Shown here: positions 58,537-64,000 of the stretch, piece after piece
How the letters are laid out: every line of letters begins with the position of its first letter
Numbering within the stretch: position 1 is the first letter of the stretch
Origin: Bacteroidota bacterium
GTDB taxonomy: Bacteria > Bacteroidota > Bacteroidia > AKYH767-A > OLB10
Assembly (NCBI GenBank): GCA_947447155.1
Contig: CANFIN010000002.1
Span: forward strand, 4,259 to 68,258
Reading direction: 5' to 3'
Length of the DNA: 64,000 nt
Program-made: the position numbers and the translations under genes
The notes under the pieces: model-generated
The model's database searches: none
What the model was told of the DNA's origin: nothing
The model's input: only the letters and a program-made list of their open reading frames with translations

Positions 58537-58809
58537 TTAAGTAACCTTATTTTTACTAATGGCCTTTTGTCTTGAACACTTAAATCGTTTAATTGACTCA
58601 TTTCTTTTAGAACGATGCTTTGTTGCACAGCTTTCTACTCGCTTTCTCCATAAAACATAACTGCTATGCTTTAAAGTAGCCTTCATAAGATTTCGGACAT
58701 CCTGTTCATTCAATCCAAATTGGACTTTAATCGCATCGAAAGGCGTTCGGTCTTCCCAAGCCATTTCAATAATGCGGTCTTTATGCTCGTCTGATAAAAC
58801 TATTTTCAT
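58537..58809 (-). CDS. TIGR03643/DUF2805 family protein.
   Basis: EMAWEDRTPFDAIKVQFGLNEQDV...LWRKR pattern. Confidence 0.6.
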   Translation of the reverse strand: MKIVLSDEHKDRIIEMAWEDRTPFDAIKVQFGLNEQDVRNLMKATLKHSSYVLWRKRVESCATKHRSKRNESIKRFKCSRQKAISKNKVT

Positions 58810-59495
58810 TAGTTAGTCTTTAATGTCGACATACCACCATCAATTTTTAACACTTGGCCAGACATCCAGCTGCTATCATCCGATAATAGAAAGGCCGCCA
58901 TACTTGCAATGTCATTCGTGTTACCTATTCTTTGTAATGGGTGACGTTTACCGCTTTGTTCAATCTTTTCAGCTGTATTAATTAATCGGCCTGCAAGAGG
59001 AGTTTCGGTTAATGATGGTGCAATACAATTCACTCTAATCTTAGGAGCTAACTCAGCAGCTAGTGATCTTGTTAATCCTTCAACAGCAGCTTTACTCATT
59101 GCAATACTTGAATGAAATGGCATACCCGTTTGTGCTGCAACAGAGCTAAATAAAACGATTGAAGCATTATCAGACATCGATAGATTCTTTATGTAATGTT
59201 GTATGCATCTGAAAGCACCCAATGCATTAATTTCAAATTCTTGTTGTACATCACTAGCCTTTAAAGATTTAAAAGGCTTTAGATTGATTGTTCCTGGAAA
59301 ATAAACCAAACCATCTAAGGGAATATCATATGGAGGTAATTCACAATCCATAATTGAACCTTCGTATTTAAAATGATTGGATGTTTCAAAATCTGTTCTT
59401 GATATAGTGAATACAGTATAATTTTTCTGATTTAATTCTTCATTTAGCTTTTGTGCAATAGCTGAAGATGCACCAATTAGTAAAATATTTTTCAT
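58809..59495 (-). CDS. SDR-family oxidoreductase.
   Basis: N-terminal Rossmann motif LLIGASSAIAQ. Mid-protein S...K catalytic region. Confidence 0.7.
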   Translation of the reverse strand: MKNILLIGASSAIAQKLNEELNQKNYTVFTISRTDFETSNHFKYEGSIMDCELPPYDIPLDGLVYFPGTINLKPFKSLKASDVQQEFEINALGAFRCIQHYIKNLSMSDNASIVLFSSVAAQTGMPFHSSIAMSKAAVEGLTRSLAAELAPKIRVNCIAPSLTETPLAGRLINTAEKIEQSGKRHPLQRIGNTNDIASMAAFLLSDDSSWMSGQVLKIDGGMSTLKTN

Positions 59496-59858
59496 GTCTA
59501 TAATAACAATCGAATTTTGATAATGTTTTGAGCAGCATTCATGCTTTTACGCGTTTTTTTTCGGTGACCTCAAAAAAGGTCTTTTGTAAGATTTTGTAAG
59601 ATTCACCCCGCGTATTTTGCATTAAAAATGTTGAAAAGTGAAGTATAATTATCAACTATTTTTATAGGTGTATACACTCAATATAAGGTAAAAACACATG
59701 CATTAAGATATTAACAATATTCAAAAGAGACTTTAATAAATTCCTTGTAATAACAATGGTGAATTTAGTGCTAAAACGCCTGTTTTTCTAATTGTTTTAG
59801 AGTAACTAATAAAATTCATTTTGGGTTAAAAGGTCAAAACAAATTAATTAATCCAATT

Positions 59859-60713
59859 ATGAGAAAAATTCTATCAAACATCGCACTTGCCGTTACAACA
59901 ATTTCACTAAGCAGTTTGTCTTCTTTCGCTCAAAGCGGAAACTCTTCTAGTGTAAATTCACAATCGTTATGTACTGCCGATTTTGCCTACGCAGTTGATA
60001 ATTACGGAATGGTAACTTTTCGTCCTGTTAGTACTGATCCAAATGTATATTACAATTGGGAATTTGGTGATGGCGGTACAAGTGGAGCTGCAAGTCCGAA
60101 GCATTATTTTTTAAACGGATCATATAAAGTTTGTTTAAATGCATTTGATGGGAATCAATGTAATGCATATTTATGTCACACAATTAATGTGAATACTAAT
60201 TCAAATCCGTGCACGCCAATTTTTATAGCTATCCAAAGTCTTTCTCAAGTTAATTCCTATTCATTCGCATTATATAATAATTGTGCAACAAGTGCATTGA
60301 GTTATGCTTGGAGCTTTGGAGATGGCACATCAGCAGCAGGTGTAAATCCCATTCACACCTATACAGCTACAGGCGTTTATAATGTATGCGCATCAGCTTA
60401 TGATAGTCTTGGAAATGTTATCACATGGTGCGATAATGTTATTGTGCCTGTTGTTTTGGGAGTAAATGAAAATACTGCAGCTAAAATTTCAGTTTATCCG
60501 AATCCTGCTAAAGATAATATTACCATTAATAATTTGATTGGTAATGAAAATATTCAATTATCGACTATTGAAGGCCGGGTAGTGAATCAAGTAATAAATG
60601 GTGATGGACAAAAAGTAACAATGGATTTGAATGAGTTACCAAATGGTGTTTACATTATCACGGTAAATGGAAATATAGTCAGTACTCAGGAAAAAGTAAT
60701 GATAAATAAATAA
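59859..60713 (+). CDS. PKD-domain protein with a T9SS type A C-terminal sorting domain.
   Basis: Two W.FGDG...P.H.Y PKD units. C-terminal KISVYPNPAKDNITINNL...GVYIITVNGNIVSTQEKVMINK. Confidence 0.75.
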   Translation: MRKILSNIALAVTTISLSSLSSFAQSGNSSSVNSQSLCTADFAYAVDNYGMVTFRPVSTDPNVYYNWEFGDGGTSGAASPKHYFLNGSYKVCLNAFDGNQCNAYLCHTINVNTNSNPCTPIFIAIQSLSQVNSYSFALYNNCATSALSYAWSFGDGTSAAGVNPIHTYTATGVYNVCASAYDSLGNVITWCDNVIVPVVLGVNENTAAKISVYPNPAKDNITINNLIGNENIQLSTIEGRVVNQVINGDGQKVTMDLNELPNGVYIITVNGNIVSTQEKVMINK

Positions 60714-60737
60714 AATTCTACTCATAATTGAAAGACG

Positions 60738-60768
60738 GTCCCGAGGATAACTCGGGACTTTTTCTTTT
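60738..60768 (+). terminator. Rho-independent terminator.
   Basis: GTCCCGAG-GATAA-CTCGGGAC then TTTTTCTTTTT. Confidence 0.8.
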
Positions 60769-60817
60769 TAAAATTGTATTGATTTTTGATTACATTCGTG
60801 AAGTAAATTTTTAAAGA

Positions 60818-61525
60818 ATGAGCGTACATATAAAAGCGAAGAAAGGGGAGATAGCATCGGTAGTTTTAATGCCTGGTGATCCATTAAGAGCAAAGTTTAT
60901 TGCTGAAAACTGGTTGGAGGATGCTGTTTTAGTAAGCAGCACACGCAATGTTTATTATTACACTGGGACTTATAAGGGTAAACGCATAACTATTGGCGCT
61001 AGCGGAATGGGTTGCGCATCGATTGGCATCTATTCTTTCGAGTTGTTCAACGAGTATGATGTCGATTGTATTATTCGAATTGGAACTGCTGGTTCATATT
61101 ATCCGGAGATAGGAGTTTATGATATCATCAATACTGATATTGCATGCAGCGAATCGACTTATGCAGAATATGCATTTGAAATTCCCGGTAATGTCTTAAA
61201 GCATGTAGGAAATGCATATGATGTGATTAATGAAACTGCAGCTGTTATGAATATGAACATTCGAAGTGGAGCTGTTCATTCAAGTGATATTTTTTATCGT
61301 AAATCGAAGGAACTACCAGCTGTTGTTAAAGAACATAATTGCTTAGTAGTAGAAATGGAAGCATTTGCATTATTTGCCAACGCAATGTATTTAGGAAAGT
61401 CAGCGGCTACTTTACTAACGGTATCTGATGTTATTCCCACAGGAGAAGAAATCTCAGCCGACGATCGTGAACGTTCACTAAAGCCAATGATTGAACTGGC
61501 ATTGGAGAGTGCGTTGAAGTTGTAA
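60818..61525 (+). CDS. deoD: Purine nucleoside phosphorylase, DeoD-type.
   Basis: PNP/UDP family 1 signature around GDPLRAKFIAE...TGTYKG...GMGCASIGIY. 235 aa. Confidence 0.85.
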   Translation: MSVHIKAKKGEIASVVLMPGDPLRAKFIAENWLEDAVLVSSTRNVYYYTGTYKGKRITIGASGMGCASIGIYSFELFNEYDVDCIIRIGTAGSYYPEIGVYDIINTDIACSESTYAEYAFEIPGNVLKHVGNAYDVINETAAVMNMNIRSGAVHSSDIFYRKSKELPAVVKEHNCLVVEMEAFALFANAMYLGKSAATLLTVSDVIPTGEEISADDRERSLKPMIELALESALKL

Positions 61526-61625
61526 TATCATATTTTATTTCCTGTATTTTGATTCCAGTTTTTTATTTAATTCGGATTCATAATTTTTCAAACTTTCATT
61601 CAAGGAGATTGTTATAAAAGCTTCT

Positions 61626-62558
61626 ATGAATACAATCTTAAAAACCAATCAACTCTCTAAATCATTTAAGGACTTTAAAGCGGTTGATAATCTGAGCTTC
61701 AAAGTAAACCAAGGAGACATATTTGGCTTTCTTGGACAGAATGGAGCAGGGAAATCAACTACCATACGAATGCTTCTTAGTTTGATTCAGCCTGACTCAG
61801 GAAGTATTGAGATTTTCGGAATGAATCTTCAAACAAAACGAAATGATATTCTCAGAAATGTAGGAGCTGTAATCGAAAAACCGGATTTGTATAAATACCT
61901 CTCTGCTTACGATAATTTAAAGCTATTCGCTAAAATGAGCGGTATTAAGGTTTCTAAATCGCTATTAATGGACCAACTTGAATTAGTTGGACTGGCATCC
62001 CGTTATAATAGTAAAGTTGGAACCTTTAGTCAGGGAATGAAGCAACGTTTAGGGATTGCTGTCGCACTCGTTCATAATCCTGAATTAATTGTTTTAGATG
62101 AACCAACCAATGGTTTGGATCCGCAAGGGATAGCCGATATTAGAAATCTGATTTTAACACTTAGTCGTGATAGAAATAAAACTGTATTGGTGTCCTCCCA
62201 TTTATTAAGCGAGATTGAGCTCATCGCAAACCGTATGATTATCATTCATCACGGTAAAAAAGTAGTAGAAGGTGAAGTGAAAGAATTGTTAGATCCATCT
62301 AAAACTATTTTAAAAATTGAAACTGGTGATAATAGCAAAGCTTTTGAGTTGTTATCCAAAAGTAATTGGACAAAAGGACTTACAATTACTCAAAATCAAA
62401 TTCAATTGGAAATTACGAAAAGTGATATTCCTGATTTAGTTCGTTTTCTAACAGCTCATCAAACCGATATTTATTTAATTCAAAATCTTCATTCGCTCGA
62501 AGATTATTTCTTAAAACTTACTAATCCGAAAGAAGATGTTCACGTTGTTACAAATTGA
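61626..62558 (+). CDS. ABC transporter ATP-binding protein (ABC-2 exporter type).
   Basis: Walker A GQNGAGKST. Signature FSQGMKQRL. Walker B LIVLDEPT. Confidence 0.85.
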   Translation: MNTILKTNQLSKSFKDFKAVDNLSFKVNQGDIFGFLGQNGAGKSTTIRMLLSLIQPDSGSIEIFGMNLQTKRNDILRNVGAVIEKPDLYKYLSAYDNLKLFAKMSGIKVSKSLLMDQLELVGLASRYNSKVGTFSQGMKQRLGIAVALVHNPELIVLDEPTNGLDPQGIADIRNLILTLSRDRNKTVLVSSHLLSEIELIANRMIIIHHGKKVVEGEVKELLDPSKTILKIETGDNSKAFELLSKSNWTKGLTITQNQIQLEITKSDIPDLVRFLTAHQTDIYLIQNLHSLEDYFLKLTNPKEDVHVVTN

Positions 62559-63429
62559 ACTACATAAAATTTATTCCAGGCCAAGGACCTATATCGCATT
62601 TGCGGCAATTACCGCCATTGTTTTGATTTTTCAATTTGCATTTAAATACGATGGACAGAGTTACATGGATTTAATGTTGCAAAACATTCAAGACAATTTT
62701 GAAATTGATAAATCCAAAGCCATCAACGGATACTTTATGTGTTATATCATATTAAACACATTACTGATACAGGTTCCTATACTTGTAGCTTTGGTTGCTG
62801 CAGATACTATTTCAGGAGAAGCTAATATGGGAACATTACGATTAATGTTGACAAAACCAGTTAGTCGTACACAGCTTTTATTAGTGAAATTTTTAGCATC
62901 ATTTATATTTACTGTTTGCCTTTTAATATGGATGGCCATCATTGCTTTATTTCTTAGTTTGCTCATTTTTGGTCATGAGGATATGTTAGTTTTCAGAGTA
63001 AAAGGAGAAGAATCGTTTATTCTTCAGATAACGAAAGATGATATCATGTGGAGATATTTTGCTGCCTTTGGTTATGCAGCTATCGCATTGACGGTTATCG
63101 TGGCTTTAGGGATGTTGCTTTCTGTTTTTGCAGAAAATTCCATCGGACCAATTGTAGCAACCGTATGCATTGTTTTGTTCTTCACTATAGTTTCAAATAT
63201 GAATATTCCAGTAATTGATAGAAATGTTAAACCTTATTTGTTTACTTCTTATCTCGTTGGATGGAAAGGTTTTTTCTACATTGGACTGGATAGTGCTGAA
63301 CAACCTATCAAAGGAAGTATAGAAAACTGGCCAGCTATCCAAAAGAGCATATACATTTTATTAGGCCATATTGGATTTTTTCTTTCGATGGCCATCATTT
63401 CATTTAGAAAAAAAGATATTCTTTCTTAA
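62536..63429 (+). CDS. ABC-2 family transporter permease.
   Basis: Six hydrophobic segments. Overlaps the ATPase gene by 23 nt. Confidence 0.7.
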   Translation: MFTLLQIELHKIYSRPRTYIAFAAITAIVLIFQFAFKYDGQSYMDLMLQNIQDNFEIDKSKAINGYFMCYIILNTLLIQVPILVALVAADTISGEANMGTLRLMLTKPVSRTQLLLVKFLASFIFTVCLLIWMAIIALFLSLLIFGHEDMLVFRVKGEESFILQITKDDIMWRYFAAFGYAAIALTVIVALGMLLSVFAENSIGPIVATVCIVLFFTIVSNMNIPVIDRNVKPYLFTSYLVGWKGFFYIGLDSAEQPIKGSIENWPAIQKSIYILLGHIGFFLSMAIISFRKKDILS

Positions 63430-63439
63430 TTATAATTCT

Positions 63440-64000
63440 ATGTTAAAGAAAATTTACAGTGCATTTATATTCCTTTTGATTTTTCAAGTCCATGCAAAGG
63501 CTCAGGCCAATAATACACTATTGAAAAATGTTCAAGCAAAATTAGACAAGGTAACAGACTATGAAGCAGAAGGTAAAATGAAAACGAATGTTGCTTTTTT
63601 AAAACTACCTATTGCCAAAGTGAAGTTATACTTTAAAAATCCGAATAAATTCAAATTAAGGAGTGAGAATGGGATGTCGTTTGTTCCGAAAGGTTCAATG
63701 AGTATTAATTTATATACAATTTTCAGTAATAATAAATTCACGGTTATAGAAGCAGGTGATGATAAAATAGCAAATACAAATTTGAAAATTATAAAACTTC
63801 TTCCAGATGATGATACTGGCGACTTGGTATTAACAACACTGTATATTGATCCTGTTAATGCGCTAATCTTAAAAAGTCGAACGACTACCAAAGAGAACGG
63901 AACTTATGAGCTTCAAATGACCTATGGGAATTATGCTAAATATGGCTTGCCCGATAAGATTCTGTTTTCATTCAATACAAAAGACTATAAATTACCTAAG
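63440..64000 (+). CDS. LolA-like outer-membrane lipoprotein-sorting protein, 3'-partial.
   Basis: Signal peptide MLKKIYSAFIFLLIFQVHAKAQA. LolA-like beta pattern KVKLYFKNPNKFKLRSENG. No stop before the window end. Confidence 0.55.
   Translation, partial: MLKKIYSAFIFLLIFQVHAKAQANNTLLKNVQAKLDKVTDYEAEGKMKTNVAFLKLPIAKVKLYFKNPNKFKLRSENGMSFVPKGSMSINLYTIFSNNKFTVIEAGDDKIANTNLKIIKLLPDDDTGDLVLTTLYIDPVNALILKSRTTTKENGTYELQMTYGNYAKYGLPDKILFSFNTKDYKLPK

Noticed and set aside
63559-63891. 110-aa minus-strand ORF at the window end.
   Set aside because: It is antisense to the LolA-like plus-strand gene, which has a signal peptide and LolA-like sequence.

Overview
This is a 64-kb chromosomal segment with low GC. 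Its gene content fits a Bacteroidota genome, most likely a Flavobacteriia- or Cytophagia-like organism with a type IX secretion system (T9SS). Three of the CDSs are predicted T9SS cargo proteins of more than 2,000 aa: (1) a 5'-partial 2138-aa repeat/LamG adhesin at 1..6425; (2) a 2593-aa SprB-repeat adhesin at 8230..16011 (minus strand); and (3) a 2586-aa PKD/Ig-repeat protein at 24713..32473 that ends in a gliding-motility-type (type B) C-terminal domain (CTD). Three smaller T9SS cargo proteins are also present, namely a phospholipase D (PLD) family protein, a YHYH protein and a PKD protein. A tRNA-Ser(UGA) with flanking terminators lies at 16869..16956. Core housekeeping genes include ftsK-lolA, slyD, an RsmF-like rRNA methyltransferase, an AlkA-like glycosylase, a THUMP methyltransferase, deoD, idi, an S8 peptidase, an MFS transporter, a PIG-L deacetylase and an ABC exporter. 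The accessory content that seems most worth follow-up is listed here.
- A terminator-bracketed islet at about 37.8-40.4 kb carries an orphan HigA-like HTH gene with an ambiguous or possibly frameshifted start, a DUF2233 phosphodiester glycosidase, a back-to-back Xre(MbcA/ParS)-RES toxin-antitoxin pair and a small membrane protein.
- A Doc (Fic) toxin is paired with a non-Phd small antitoxin at 52.1-52.7 kb.
- A di-haem cytochrome c peroxidase overlaps an upstream partner that looks like MbnP, giving an MbnPH-like pair at 54.3-56.0 kb.
- A class IV aminotransferase is translationally coupled to an Stf0-like sulfotransferase-like protein at 17.1-18.8 kb.
- A tight operon of unknown function (secreted GWxTPE-like protein, GT2, FAH) sits opposite a divergent secreted hypothetical protein at 18.8-23.7 kb.
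- Near-identical 198-nt tandem repeats lie inside the SprB-like gene.
- An orphan terminator, which may mark a small-RNA candidate, lies in the 850-bp AT-rich spacer upstream of the tRNA.
No CRISPR array, integrase, transposase or recognisable mobile element was seen. All calls are from reading the translated sequence and motifs. No database search was run.
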